Source of the DNA: Candidatus Daviesbacteria bacterium
GTDB taxonomy: Bacteria; Patescibacteriota; Microgenomatia; Daviesbacterales; UBA10151
Length of the DNA: 64,000 nucleotides
Direction of reading: 5' to 3'
Assembly: GCA_016176465.1 (NCBI GenBank)
Contig: JACOXD010000003.1
Coordinates: 1,824 to 65,823 of the forward strand
Shown piece by piece: positions 28,508 through 38,028 of the stretch (the stretch's first letter is position 1; the number at the start of each line of letters is the position of its first letter). A model generated the notes under the pieces. That model was given only the letters and a program-made list of their open reading frames with translations. It was not told the DNA's origin and did no database searches. The translations under genes and the position numbers were made by a program.

Positions 28508-29260
28508 TTAAAGGCCCCTAAATTCATCTAAAGTAAGCGAAGCAACCTGATCCTCCAAATAAGCAGTAAAACCTCTAAAAGTTAACCGGCCGGCAACTTG
28601 TTTTTTTACCTGATTAAAAGTAGTTGGTGGGCCCAGTAAAATTCGAATTGGTATTAATAAATCCAGCGGAGATCTAACTTTATTATGGAAAATCCTAAAA
28701 GCTTGAAAAGGAACATCAGGATTTTGATGAGCTATAAATGCTACCCCTCTCATAAATCCTCTCACTTCCCCTACCGGATAGCGAGTCCCTTGGGGAAAGA
28801 TTCCTAACATTTGATCTGAAGCGAATACGGCATTTACAGCTTCAAAAAATTCCTCGGTATACTCTAATCTATCTACTGCCAGTGGAGCTCCGATGTTTAA
28901 AGTAGCAGCTATAACTTTACGCACTAAAGGAGGAGCATTATTTAAAGAATCATTTTTATTACCTGCCCACTCCTTTACTTTAGGATCTTCTTGATAGTTA
29001 GGATCAACTAAATCTCTTCTAGCAACTCCTCTTATAGATCTTCTTGCTTTAGAGGCAGCTAGCCAATATAAAATAAGTGGATCACTCTCATCATGATGTG
29101 GACCATACAAAACTGCAGGCCCCTCCCTAGGGATTCTATGACCTCTTACACTCGCTCCTCTAAGTACCGCTAAAACTTCTGAAACGCAAATAAAAGCAGT
29201 TGCTCCAACTGCAGGAATGCTTTCCTCTTCTATCCTAACTCCTAAAATCCTACGTTCCAT
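28508..29260 (-). CDS. PlsC-like lysophospholipid acyltransferase
   Basis: HHDESD matches the acyltransferase H(x4)D motif. Relatively GC-rich. Confidence 0.45.
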   Translation of the reverse strand: MERRILGVRIEEESIPAVGATAFICVSEVLAVLRGASVRGHRIPREGPAVLYGPHHDESDPLILYWLAASKARRSIRGVARRDLVDPNYQEDPKVKEWAGNKNDSLNNAPPLVRKVIAATLNIGAPLAVDRLEYTEEFFEAVNAVFASDQMLGIFPQGTRYPVGEVRGFMRGVAFIAHQNPDVPFQAFRIFHNKVRSPLDLLIPIRILLGPPTTFNQVKKQVAGRLTFRGFTAYLEDQVASLTLDEFRGL

Positions 29261-29269
29261 AGTAAATTA

Positions 29270-29911
29270 TTAAATCTCTGTTTCCTCACCAAAGTTTAAA
29301 ACCCTTACTTCTATTCCATTAATTCTAGCCATTTCTTTAAGTTTCTCCGTATTGGCTTCATATACATCGTAGTGTATAGGAATAACTACTTTAGCCTTTA
29401 AGCTTCTAGCAAAATTTATAGAATCCTCTAAAGTAATCGCGGGATGAGCAATTGGTATAGCTGCATTTGGAGAGGTTAATCCTTCCAGTTTTATCCCATC
29501 CCCAGCATGAAAGAATACTCCATTAATTAAAAAACCAGTATTGTGAGGTCCCGGTTTATTTGGCCCGATAGGAAAATGAGGTAGGTCGAAAGCTTTTATT
29601 TTAAATCCTGCTACTTCAAACTCATCTCCATTATTAACTGGATTGACATTTATTCCCTGATTAAAAAAATGCCCTAATGCTGCACAAACATCATTATTTC
29701 CATACACTGGTTTATCTCCTACTACTTCTTTAATGTTAGCTGAATCAACATGGTCCCTATGAATATGGGTTATTAAGTAAGCATCCGCATTTTGAAATTC
29801 TTGGGGTTTGAATCCTTTCTCAAATGTGGGGTATCCTGGATCAATAATTAATTTTTTACCTAAAGAATTTGTAATTATAAGATGTGATTGAGGAAACTTC
29901 TTAATTTTCAT
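29270..29911 (-). CDS. MBL-fold metallo-hydrolase
   Basis: THIHRDHVD is the HxHxDH motif. Confidence 0.7.
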   Translation of the reverse strand: MKIKKFPQSHLIITNSLGKKLIIDPGYPTFEKGFKPQEFQNADAYLITHIHRDHVDSANIKEVVGDKPVYGNNDVCAALGHFFNQGINVNPVNNGDEFEVAGFKIKAFDLPHFPIGPNKPGPHNTGFLINGVFFHAGDGIKLEGLTSPNAAIPIAHPAITLEDSINFARSLKAKVVIPIHYDVYEANTEKLKEMARINGIEVRVLNFGEETEI

Positions 29912-30386
29912 TTAATTTTTTTCTTTTTAGCAAATAAAGAACAAATAACCCTAGACCTAATCCACCTAAAGCTGCTACTAAGATTAAATTAGTTCTACTA
30001 CCTTCCCCTAAACTTTTTACCTCCTCTTCATTATTAAGCTCTCTATTTCCCATACATGAGTTAGTTTTTAAAATTCCCTCAGTCGATTGTTTTAGAAAAA
30101 GTAGATATTTTTTATCTTCTTCAAATGTAAAATCTACGGAAGTAATGGCTTCTTTGCTTTCCTGTCCTGTTATCTTAATTTCTTTTTCTCCTTGACTTTT
30201 TAAATATTTTTCTACCTCAAAGTTTGCAAAGCTATTATTTATGGAAGTTACCTTTCCTACAACGACTACATCTGCCATGTTTTTATACTCGTTTAAAGAA
30301 AATGGCCCAGCGCAAGATGCAAAAGCTGTGGGTGCAAAAAAAGTTAAGAAGAAAGATATTAGTAATATAGTTACTAGTTTCTTCAT
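29901..30386 (-). CDS. exported protein with a C-terminal TM anchor and basic tail
   Basis: N-terminal signal peptide. C-terminus LILVAALGGLGLGLFVLYLLKRKK. Confidence 0.45.
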   Translation of the reverse strand: MKKLVTILLISFFLTFFAPTAFASCAGPFSLNEYKNMADVVVVGKVTSINNSFANFEVEKYLKSQGEKEIKITGQESKEAITSVDFTFEEDKKYLLFLKQSTEGILKTNSCMGNRELNNEEEVKSLGEGSRTNLILVAALGGLGLGLFVLYLLKRKKLNEN

Positions 30387-31195
30387 AATGTTTTGACTGT
30401 TTCTATTAACTGCTCAAAAGAAAGCTTTGTTTTTTTAGAATCAGGTGCAGAGCCTGAACCACAAATAACCATATGATGTGATTGGTGTAAGAACCAATCT
30501 GCATCAGGATCTAGATCTTTTAGCTTTTTATAAATTGGTTCTAAATCTATATCTTTAGGGCTAAAGTATTGGACTGATTTAAATTTTGGATCATACATTA
30601 AAAAAAGATCCCCTTCTATACTTTTGCAAAAAGCCCTATCTATAGTTTCAGATATTACTGCAAAACTTTGTCCAAATTTTGATTCAAAATTAACTCTTTC
30701 TTCCCAATCTAACTTAGATTGCTGTTTTTTTATTAAGCTTTTTAAAACTCTATTTAAAATTTCCTCACCTAATTTAATTGATTCTTGTGAGCTTTCATTG
30801 GTTGATTCATCAGCCCTTATAAAACTTTGTACGCTATATTCTGAGAATTCATAACTGGGAGCTTTGCCTGTATCAATCAAAGTATTCCACTCTACTAATT
30901 CATCAAGGGCTCTAGTTTCCAGCTCATTTTTAGGTGCCAAATTTTTACTCTTTATATCTTTCCAAACTAAAGATCCAGCACTCTCATCCTTGTCTCCTTT
31001 ATGTTCATCATATTTGCCCATCCCTACCCCAACATACAATCTATTTTCGCTATCTTCAAAACCACTTTTTCCTTTATCAGCACTAATAAATTCTATACTT
31101 GCATTAGCAAAATTTGGGATAAACTTTTTTATTAACCAAATACCAACAATATCATCCAAATGTGGGTTAATATGTGTTATTAATGTCTTTACCAT
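30383..31195 (-). CDS. hypothetical protein (possibly MYG1/UPF0160-like metal-dependent hydrolase)
   Basis: N-terminus THINPHLDDIVGIWLI is His/Asp-rich. The assignment is weak. Confidence 0.4.
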   Translation of the reverse strand: MVKTLITHINPHLDDIVGIWLIKKFIPNFANASIEFISADKGKSGFEDSENRLYVGVGMGKYDEHKGDKDESAGSLVWKDIKSKNLAPKNELETRALDELVEWNTLIDTGKAPSYEFSEYSVQSFIRADESTNESSQESIKLGEEILNRVLKSLIKKQQSKLDWEERVNFESKFGQSFAVISETIDRAFCKSIEGDLFLMYDPKFKSVQYFSPKDIDLEPIYKKLKDLDPDADWFLHQSHHMVICGSGSAPDSKKTKLSFEQLIETVKTL

Positions 31196-31236
31196 TATTA
31201 ATTCTCAAATAGTATAGCAAATGCTAGTATTAAATA

Positions 31237-32130
31237 ATGGATCTAGCTAAAAAATTAGCCTTTGCTCCAATATTTTTAATCTTTTTAGCATTATTTTTCT
31301 ACCTATTAAACCCTTTGCTTAAATCAACAGATTTACTTTTTTTAACTGATTTGAGTAATTTAACTCAGATTTTATTTTTAGTATTAACCTTGGTTTTGAC
31401 TTCCCTCTTTTTTGCAGTATTTGCATCTCTTGCCTCTGATCTAAAAATAGTTTTAGCAATTGGAGCGATAGCTTCCAGCCTATCTATTATCCTACTTCCT
31501 TTACCCATTAACTTTTTAATAGCAGTTTTAATTTTTGCTTCTATTTTTTTAAGTTATTATTTACTTTCACAAAAATTAAAAAGTTATCTAACTTTTCAAC
31601 CCACACTTTTAATTTCTCCCACCGCAAAACACTTTGCAGCAACATTAATAATTTTATCCTCTCTAGCTTATTTTTTATCTGTTAACCAGGAAATCAAACA
31701 AAATGGATTTAAAATTCCAGATAGTTTACTAGAAACTGCCTTAAAGTTTATACCTCAACCTCAAGAAAGCGATCTTAACCTACCCACAATAAACTCAAAT
31801 CAACTAGATTTATTAAGAGAAAATTCAAATCTTCTGGAGCAGCTTGGTTTGGGCTCTGGTGTTTTAGATTCCCTTCCCTCTAAAACTGATAGTACTCAGG
31901 ATTTAATAAAACAAACTATTAATTCTCAAATTCAAAGTTTAATTAAACCCTACTTAGATTGGATTCCCCTAATACTAGCTTTACTCTTTTTTATCACTTT
32001 ACAATCAATATTTTTTATCTTTTCTTTTTTAATATCTCCTTTGATTTGGTTAACTTTTTATCTTTTAGAAAAAACAGGCTATATTAGGTTTGAGATAGAG
32101 ATGAGAGAAGCTAAAAAAATGATGGTTTAA
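31237..32130 (+). CDS. polytopic membrane protein, hypothetical
   Basis: Multiple hydrophobic helices. Leu/Ile/Phe-rich. Confidence 0.5.
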   Translation: MDLAKKLAFAPIFLIFLALFFYLLNPLLKSTDLLFLTDLSNLTQILFLVLTLVLTSLFFAVFASLASDLKIVLAIGAIASSLSIILLPLPINFLIAVLIFASIFLSYYLLSQKLKSYLTFQPTLLISPTAKHFAATLIILSSLAYFLSVNQEIKQNGFKIPDSLLETALKFIPQPQESDLNLPTINSNQLDLLRENSNLLEQLGLGSGVLDSLPSKTDSTQDLIKQTINSQIQSLIKPYLDWIPLILALLFFITLQSIFFIFSFLISPLIWLTFYLLEKTGYIRFEIEMREAKKMMV

Positions 32131-32169
32131 ATTTCTAGCTTTTCCATCTCTCCCCAGTTTGGGCAATTA

Positions 32170-32550
32170 CTATATTAGCTTTAACCTACTAATTCCTTTA
32201 AAATCTTTTTTGTTTAAAGTAAAAAGTTTGGCTTTATTCAAAATAGCAGTAGCAGCAATTGCTGCATCTGCAAATTGGACTCTCGGTCTAATATCTCTCA
32301 TGATTTCTCCAGCTAGTTTGGCTACTTCGTATTCATATGGTAATATCGTCAACATATTGATTAATTTCAGGAAGAATTCTTCTTTACGAGCCACTTTACT
32401 GCTTTCACCTACATAGAGTTCTTGGATGGTAATTATTGAAACAGCAAAGTCCTGTGCTGGCATAAACTCGAGTAATTTTGCTAAATGACTATTTTTGTTT
32501 CCTAGCTGTCTGATGTAGTCAATTATTAAATCTGTATCTAATATTACCAT
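32170..32550 (-). CDS. vapC: PIN-domain toxin VapC
   Basis: MVILDTDLIIDY (conserved Asp), FADAAIAATA, and a size of ~126 aa. Confidence 0.75.
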   Translation of the reverse strand: MVILDTDLIIDYIRQLGNKNSHLAKLLEFMPAQDFAVSIITIQELYVGESSKVARKEEFFLKLINMLTILPYEYEVAKLAGEIMRDIRPRVQFADAAIAATAILNKAKLFTLNKKDFKGISRLKLI

Positions 32551-32729
32551 GCCCTTCTCATCTTCTTAGCAGCTTCAATTTCTAACTTTCTCCTTATTTT
32601 TTGCTCCTTATCATACGCTTCCCAGTCTTCGTCTTTAAAGATCCCCTTTGCTTCTTCTAAAATCTCCAGTAAACTTTGCTTTTTTTCTAACTTTAAAGTG
32701 GCTCCATTTTTAGATTTTTTAATTTCCAT
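32544..32729 (-). CDS. VapB-like antitoxin (putative)
   Basis: 61-aa charged protein whose stop overlaps the vapC start by 7 nt (translationally coupled pair). Confidence 0.5.
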   Translation of the reverse strand: MEIKKSKNGATLKLEKKQSLLEILEEAKGIFKDEDWEAYDKEQKIRRKLEIEAAKKMRRAW

Positions 32730-32777
32730 CTTTGTCCCAGGTTTAATCCCTCCATTTCTCCCCAGCTATTATATCCC

Positions 32778-33455
32778 TTAAAGCTCATAATAGGGAATAT
32801 TAGCAACCCCTGATATATTATAATCCTCCAAAAGAATATGAATTTTTCTTTGATAAGTTTCCCATTGAGTTGCTAATCTTTTTCTCAAATCATCATTTAC
32901 TACAGAAGGTGCACTGTCAAAAAAGGCATGACAAACTAAACCTAATAATTGATAGACACTTGCTCTGAATTTGAGACTTTCTCTATTCACCTCTACTAAA
33001 TTATATTTATTCTCTTGTTCACGAATAACGGCTGAACCTTCATGCTCCTTTATAACTAATCCTTCAGGCTCAACAACTCTGGGTAAACGTTCAATAAAAT
33101 CTGTTCTTCCGTCAACATTTTTCCAATGAGGGTTTAGCGAGCGCCATGTCCTCCCCCCATCGTGGACTAAAGGAGCAAACCTTGCCCATGGCTTATCAAA
33201 AAATGGCTCCTCCCAATTATTTAAATATGTTCCAGTTAAGAGTAACCCTATGGCGCTGTATTTGAAAGCATCCGGCAACCTACCCTGAACTGTCAACTGA
33301 TGCATAACATCATCAACAGTTCCATATTCTCCTAATAAAGAAAGAGCATCTTCTGCATGCTCAAGAGCAGTTGTCCTAGCAGAAAGAATCCTTAGCTCCT
33401 CTTTTTTGCCTATTTTTACTGAAAGTTTCCCACCTAAAGGTGGAAGATAATTCAA
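32778..33455 (-). CDS. hypothetical protein
   Basis: 225-aa ORF with no clear motif. Confidence 0.4.
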   Translation of the reverse strand: MNYLPPLGGKLSVKIGKKEELRILSARTTALEHAEDALSLLGEYGTVDDVMHQLTVQGRLPDAFKYSAIGLLLTGTYLNNWEEPFFDKPWARFAPLVHDGGRTWRSLNPHWKNVDGRTDFIERLPRVVEPEGLVIKEHEGSAVIREQENKYNLVEVNRESLKFRASVYQLLGLVCHAFFDSAPSVVNDDLRKRLATQWETYQRKIHILLEDYNISGVANIPYYEL

Positions 33456-33547
33456 AGCATCAAAAAAAGCATAAACTTCACTACGAGAAGGACGGAATAC
33501 ATCCCATTCTGGGTGATAAAGCGAAACTAATTTATCATGATATGCAT

Positions 33548-34102
33548 CTAATTTTTCTTGATGAGATTGTTTTTTTCAAGAGTTTCACTAGTAGCTATCG
33601 ATACTCCTCCTATTGCAATTAATGTTCCACTAATAACACCTACGAAATCTAAGACAGACCTCCAAAATGTCCATTCACTATTTTCTATCCTTGATCTAAA
33701 ACTTTGATATAATTGCCAACGTGCCTTTTCTTGGATTTTTAAATCATAGGCCTTTTTAAATTCTTCAGATGAAATTATTTCTCTTGCTTTTCCAGGGTTT
33801 TGATTAACATATTCACTTGCAGCCTGATTATCTAATTCACCCAGAGTTTGTTCAGATTTCTCAACTTCTACTGGTTTTGAAGGAGGAATAGCCTCATCAA
33901 TTTGAGACCCAATATGAAGTTCTTGCTTACGAGATTCACCCAGCATTCTTGCAAAATCTATTATTGATGCGCAGTCAAGCGCAACTCCTCCTAATACCAC
34001 CCAACCTGCTGTTAAAAATTTTCTTCTGGATCTATTATAATTTTCGTTTTGAGCAGCACTTGAGTGTTCTCGAGAATTACCCATGAGGAGATTATAGGAC
34101 AT
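33548..34102 (-). CDS. hypothetical membrane protein
   Basis: Two TM segments near the N-terminus and one at the C-terminus. Confidence 0.4.
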   Translation of the reverse strand: MSYNLLMGNSREHSSAAQNENYNRSRRKFLTAGWVVLGGVALDCASIIDFARMLGESRKQELHIGSQIDEAIPPSKPVEVEKSEQTLGELDNQAASEYVNQNPGKAREIISSEEFKKAYDLKIQEKARWQLYQSFRSRIENSEWTFWRSVLDFVGVISGTLIAIGGVSIATSETLEKNNLIKKN

Positions 34103-34114
34103 TCAAACTGGGAG

Positions 34115-36385
34115 TCAAATATCGAGCTTTTCCATCTCTCCCCAGTTTGGCCCTACTTTTAAATCTACAACCACTGGAACAGAAAGAGCTAGTGCATTTT
34201 CCATTTTTTCTCTAATCATTTTAGCAGCTTTTTGGACTTGTGGTGAGCAGTTCGGCCCTGAGCTCACTGCCGAAGGGCTTGTCGAACCATCACACTCAAA
34301 TAAAAGCTCATCATGAACCTGGAGGATCATTTGGCAGGAGGAAGATTGCTTCGCTTCGCTCGCAATGACGTCATTGCGAGGAGTCTTTGACGACGAAGCA
34401 ATCTTATTGAGCGCTTTCTCTATTTCCACCATAGCTTTTTTGATCATATCAGCAGCAGTCCCTTGTACTGGCATATTAATAGCCATCCTCTCTCCTGCTG
34501 CTTTGAGCATCTTATTAGCGGCTTGCAACTCTGGGATATATCTTTTTCTCCCCCAAATTGTTTCAACATATCCTTCCTTATATCCTTGATCCAAAATTTT
34601 CTCCATCCACTCTCTTACCTTTGGAAACTGGGCAAAATATTCTTCTATATAAAGTTTAGCAACTGCATACTCTACTCCTAGTTGTTGAGATAATGCTCTT
34701 GGACCTTGACCATATAAAGTGGCAAAGTTCATAGTTTTTCCAACCATTCTTTGTTCTTTAGTGACTTTCTCAATTGGTACTTTAAATATCTTTGAGGCTG
34801 TGCCTGCATGGATATCCAATCCTTCTTGGAACACTTTTTTTAATCCCGGATCATCTGCTAAATGAGCCATGACTCTAAGCTCAATTTGAGAATAATCAGC
34901 AGATAATAAGACTTTCCCTTTTGGAGCAATAAAAGCTTTTCTCATCTCCCCTCCTAAATCACCTTTAACAGGAATGTTTTGAAGATTCGGATTTTGGGAG
35001 GAAAGCCTTCCTGTGGCAGCACCTTCTACATTAAACGTAGAGTGGATTCTCCCCTTTTTATCAGTATATTTTGGGAGAGCATCAATATAGGTTGAGATTA
35101 GTTTAAATAAAAATCTATACTCTAAAATTAAGGGGATTGCTGGATGCGCAGCTTTTAGCTCATTTAGCGTTGCTTCATCTGTTGATCTTCCTGTTTTAGT
35201 TTTTCTAATAACTGGTAAATTTAATTCATCAAATAAAACTTCTGATAGTTGCTTTGGGCTATTTAGATTAAACTGATGTCCAATATATGAGTAAATTTTT
35301 TTCTCTAAGCCTTTTAATTGTCTCTTTAGTTTAACCTCAAGCCTTTTTAGAAATCTTAAATCTATTAAAACTCCAAACTTGCTCATTTTTTGTAAAACTT
35401 TATCTGTTTCTAAATCAAGGTCAGTGGTATAAGAGTTTTGTACTCTGTCATTCTGATGGTCCACTGGACCAGAAGAATCTAATTTAGATCCTTCGCTTTC
35501 GCTCAGGATGACACTTATTCCTGGTAATCTGGAAATTAAACTTTTAAATTCCAACTCCTCAAAGAGTTTCTTAGCTTGTTCTATATCATAATCAGAAACT
35601 CGACATTTGGCTAAATCCAACCTTATAGGTGCATTTAAATCCAGGGTAGCTAATTTTTTGGATAAGGTTGCTGATTCAGCACCTTCTGCAAGTAGAGTTT
35701 GCATTCGCTCTGGTAAAGTTTTTAAGTTTTCTTTCTTGTAGATTTTTTCAACTGTCTCAAATTGTTTAATTAACTTAGTTGCAGACACCTCACCAATTCC
35801 TGATACTCCTGGGATATTATCTGATTGGTCCCCTGCCAGGCCTTTATAATCCACCATTTGCTTTGGCATAAAGCCATACCTGGCTAAAAATTCATCAACC
35901 CCATAAATCCCAACATCTGCTAGAGTTTTCCTAGGCATCAAAACTTTTATTCTTTTATCAATAAGTTGCATAATATCTCGATCCCCTGTCACTACAATTA
36001 CTTCTAGATTTTTCTCTTTTTTAGTAGCCTGCAAAGCTAGGGTGCCTATTAGATCATCAGCTTCAAACCCAGAAAGAGAAAACTCCGGAATGTTTAAAGT
36101 AGAAATAACTTCATGAACTCTTTTATATTGAGAAGATAAACCATCATCTGCTGGGCCCCGGGTAGCTTTATACTGGGTATATTGCTGGTGTCTAAAGGTT
36201 GGTCCTTTCTCATCCCAAGCAATCCCAATAAAATCAGGTTTTAAATCATTAATGGACCTTAAAAGCATTGAGGTAAACCCATAAACAGCATTAACTAATT
36301 CCCCACTAGAGGTAGTTAATGGAGGTGTTGCATGATAAGCCCTATGCAGCAGCGCGTTGCCGTCTATCAAAACTAAACGTTTCAT
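34115..36385 (-). CDS. polA: DNA polymerase I (5'-3' exonuclease plus polymerase domains), carrying three in-frame palindromic inserts
   Basis: N-terminus MKRLVLIDGNALLHRAYHA (FEN domain). Motif A around SADYSQIELR, motif B KTMNFATLYG, motif C QVHDELLFE. Confidence 0.9.
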   Translation of the reverse strand: MKRLVLIDGNALLHRAYHATPPLTTSSGELVNAVYGFTSMLLRSINDLKPDFIGIAWDEKGPTFRHQQYTQYKATRGPADDGLSSQYKRVHEVISTLNIPEFSLSGFEADDLIGTLALQATKKEKNLEVIVVTGDRDIMQLIDKRIKVLMPRKTLADVGIYGVDEFLARYGFMPKQMVDYKGLAGDQSDNIPGVSGIGEVSATKLIKQFETVEKIYKKENLKTLPERMQTLLAEGAESATLSKKLATLDLNAPIRLDLAKCRVSDYDIEQAKKLFEELEFKSLISRLPGISVILSESEGSKLDSSGPVDHQNDRVQNSYTTDLDLETDKVLQKMSKFGVLIDLRFLKRLEVKLKRQLKGLEKKIYSYIGHQFNLNSPKQLSEVLFDELNLPVIRKTKTGRSTDEATLNELKAAHPAIPLILEYRFLFKLISTYIDALPKYTDKKGRIHSTFNVEGAATGRLSSQNPNLQNIPVKGDLGGEMRKAFIAPKGKVLLSADYSQIELRVMAHLADDPGLKKVFQEGLDIHAGTASKIFKVPIEKVTKEQRMVGKTMNFATLYGQGPRALSQQLGVEYAVAKLYIEEYFAQFPKVREWMEKILDQGYKEGYVETIWGRKRYIPELQAANKMLKAAGERMAINMPVQGTAADMIKKAMVEIEKALNKIASSSKTPRNDVIASEAKQSSSCQMILQVHDELLFECDGSTSPSAVSSGPNCSPQVQKAAKMIREKMENALALSVPVVVDLKVGPNWGEMEKLDI
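34250..34288. repeat. palindromic repeat element in polA
   Basis: gttcggccctgagctcactgccgaagggcttgtcgaacc, an imperfect inverted repeat (gttcggccc / gggcttgtcgaac). It shares ctgagctca with the recF copy. Confidence 0.45.
34344..34403. repeat. palindromic repeat element in polA (20 codons, in frame)
   Basis: gattgcttcgcttcgctcgcaatgacgtcattgcgaggagtctttgacgacgaagcaatc. Terminal inverted repeats gattgcttcg / cgaagcaatc, and a central perfect palindrome cgcaatgacgtcattgcg. It shares ttcgcttcgctcg with the SucC copy. Confidence 0.6.
35472..35512. repeat. palindromic repeat element in polA
   Basis: gaagaatctaatttagatccttcgctttcgctcaggatgac, about 90% identical to 46840..46880 in the SucC-like gene. 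It encodes SVILSESEGS. Confidence 0.65.
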
Positions 36386-36471
36386 TGAATGAATTTTAGT
36401 TTAAATAGCCTTTAAACTCAATCTAAAGTTATTGACAAATTTATTAAGACAGCTAAAATGCTAAAAGATAA

Positions 36472-37281
36472 ATGGAAAGTTATTTGCTTTTAATAATAGA
36501 AAAGATTATTTTAACCTTCCCCAGACAACTAAATTCCACTTTTTTTAATTTAATCTCTTTTTTTGATAAAGATAATCAAGTCAGAACCTTAAATTATGGA
36601 TTTGCCGGAAAATTAAAAATTACTCTTTCCAAAGATGAAGAATCTCTTCGCTTTGGATTGCAAATGTATCATCACGTTGCCTCTAAAGTTTCTTTAAACA
36701 ATAAAAAGATTTTGGAAGTTGGCTGTGGCAGAGGTGGCGGAGCAAGCTATATTGCCAAAACTTTTAAAGTTAAATCTTATCTGGGAGTGGATTTTAGCTC
36801 TAGTGCTATTAAATTTTGCCAAAAATATTACAAAAATCAAAAAAATCTTAAATTCTCTTTTGCAGAAGCACATAACCTGCCTAGAGTTAGAGGTGGTTTT
36901 GATATCTTAATCAATGTGGAATCATCACAAACCTATCATGATGAGGTTGGTTTTTTTAAGGAAGTCTTTAAAATATTAAAAAAAGGAGGTTATTTTTTAT
37001 TGGTTACACCTAGAGCATCAGAAAAGGTTGATCCTTTAATTAATGATCTAAAAGATGTGGGTTTTCAGGTTAAAAATGTAGAGGATATTACCCCAAATGT
37101 AATAAAGGCACTAGATATTGATAGCAAACGCAAAGCTTCTTTAATTAGACAATACGCCCCAAGTAGATTTTTAAAAAAATCAATGGAAATATTCTCTGCC
37201 ATGCCTGGAACTTACCATTATAATAATTTTAAAAAAAGAGACTTTGTTTATTTACTAAAAATTTTGCAAAAACCTACTTAA
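36472..37281 (+). CDS. class I SAM-dependent methyltransferase
   Basis: SAM-binding motif I LEVGCGRGGGASYIA. Confidence 0.75.
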   Translation: MESYLLLIIEKIILTFPRQLNSTFFNLISFFDKDNQVRTLNYGFAGKLKITLSKDEESLRFGLQMYHHVASKVSLNNKKILEVGCGRGGGASYIAKTFKVKSYLGVDFSSSAIKFCQKYYKNQKNLKFSFAEAHNLPRVRGGFDILINVESSQTYHDEVGFFKEVFKILKKGGYFLLVTPRASEKVDPLINDLKDVGFQVKNVEDITPNVIKALDIDSKRKASLIRQYAPSRFLKKSMEIFSAMPGTYHYNNFKKRDFVYLLKILQKPT

Positions 37282-38008
37282 AATTTCCAAATTCATACTC
37301 CATTGGATTTCCTCTATAACCTTTCCTGGTAACATAAAAAAATGATTTTATTATTTTAATAGTAAAATTAACCCTGCCCTCTCTATGAAATCTTCTAGAG
37401 GATGAATAAATTTTGGGATTTTTAACAAAGATAAACTTCCCTCCACTGTTTACTACATCTTGTACTAATTTATGATCTTCTCCTACCAGTAACTGATCAT
37501 CAAATCCTCCTACTTTATTAAATACCTTCCTTTTTATAAATATATTCCTCCCATCTGCTGCAGGCCAAAAGGGCTTAATAATTTGATAGACAATATAAAT
37601 TAATCCATAGAAAAATTTATCCTGCCAATTGGATTCCAGAGGATAATTTCTGGCAGCTGCAATATCCGGATTTTTTTCTTTTACCTCATTTATATATTTT
37701 TCCAAAGTTTGCGGATCTCTAAGTTCTATATCAGCATCCAAAAATAAAATATTTTCTGCGGAAGTTTTTGCAGCCCCTAAGTTCCTTTGTCTGGAAATAG
37801 TGTAGCGAGGGATTCTAAAATATTTAAGTTGAGGTAGAATTTTTTGCCTTTTTTTTACTTCTTCAATGGTTTTATCTTTAGAGTTAGCATCAATGATTAC
37901 TATTTCTCTAGGTTGGCCGCTCTGAGCATAAATTGAATCAAGCAAATTTCCAATAAATAATTGCTCATTTAGAGTTGGAATGATGATTGCTAAATTTAAG
38001 TTTCCCAT
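37274..38008 (-). CDS. GT2-family glycosyltransferase
   Basis: IIIPTLNE ... IVIIDANSKD ... LFLDADIEL (DxD). Confidence 0.75.
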   Translation of the reverse strand: MGNLNLAIIIPTLNEQLFIGNLLDSIYAQSGQPREIVIIDANSKDKTIEEVKKRQKILPQLKYFRIPRYTISRQRNLGAAKTSAENILFLDADIELRDPQTLEKYINEVKEKNPDIAAARNYPLESNWQDKFFYGLIYIVYQIIKPFWPAADGRNIFIKRKVFNKVGGFDDQLLVGEDHKLVQDVVNSGGKFIFVKNPKIYSSSRRFHREGRVNFTIKIIKSFFYVTRKGYRGNPMEYEFGNFK

Positions 38009-38028
38009 AGCTAAATTTTACTATACAT

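Noticed and set aside
32159-32416. 85-aa plus-strand ORF
   Set aside because: It is antisense to the well-supported VapC PIN-domain gene.
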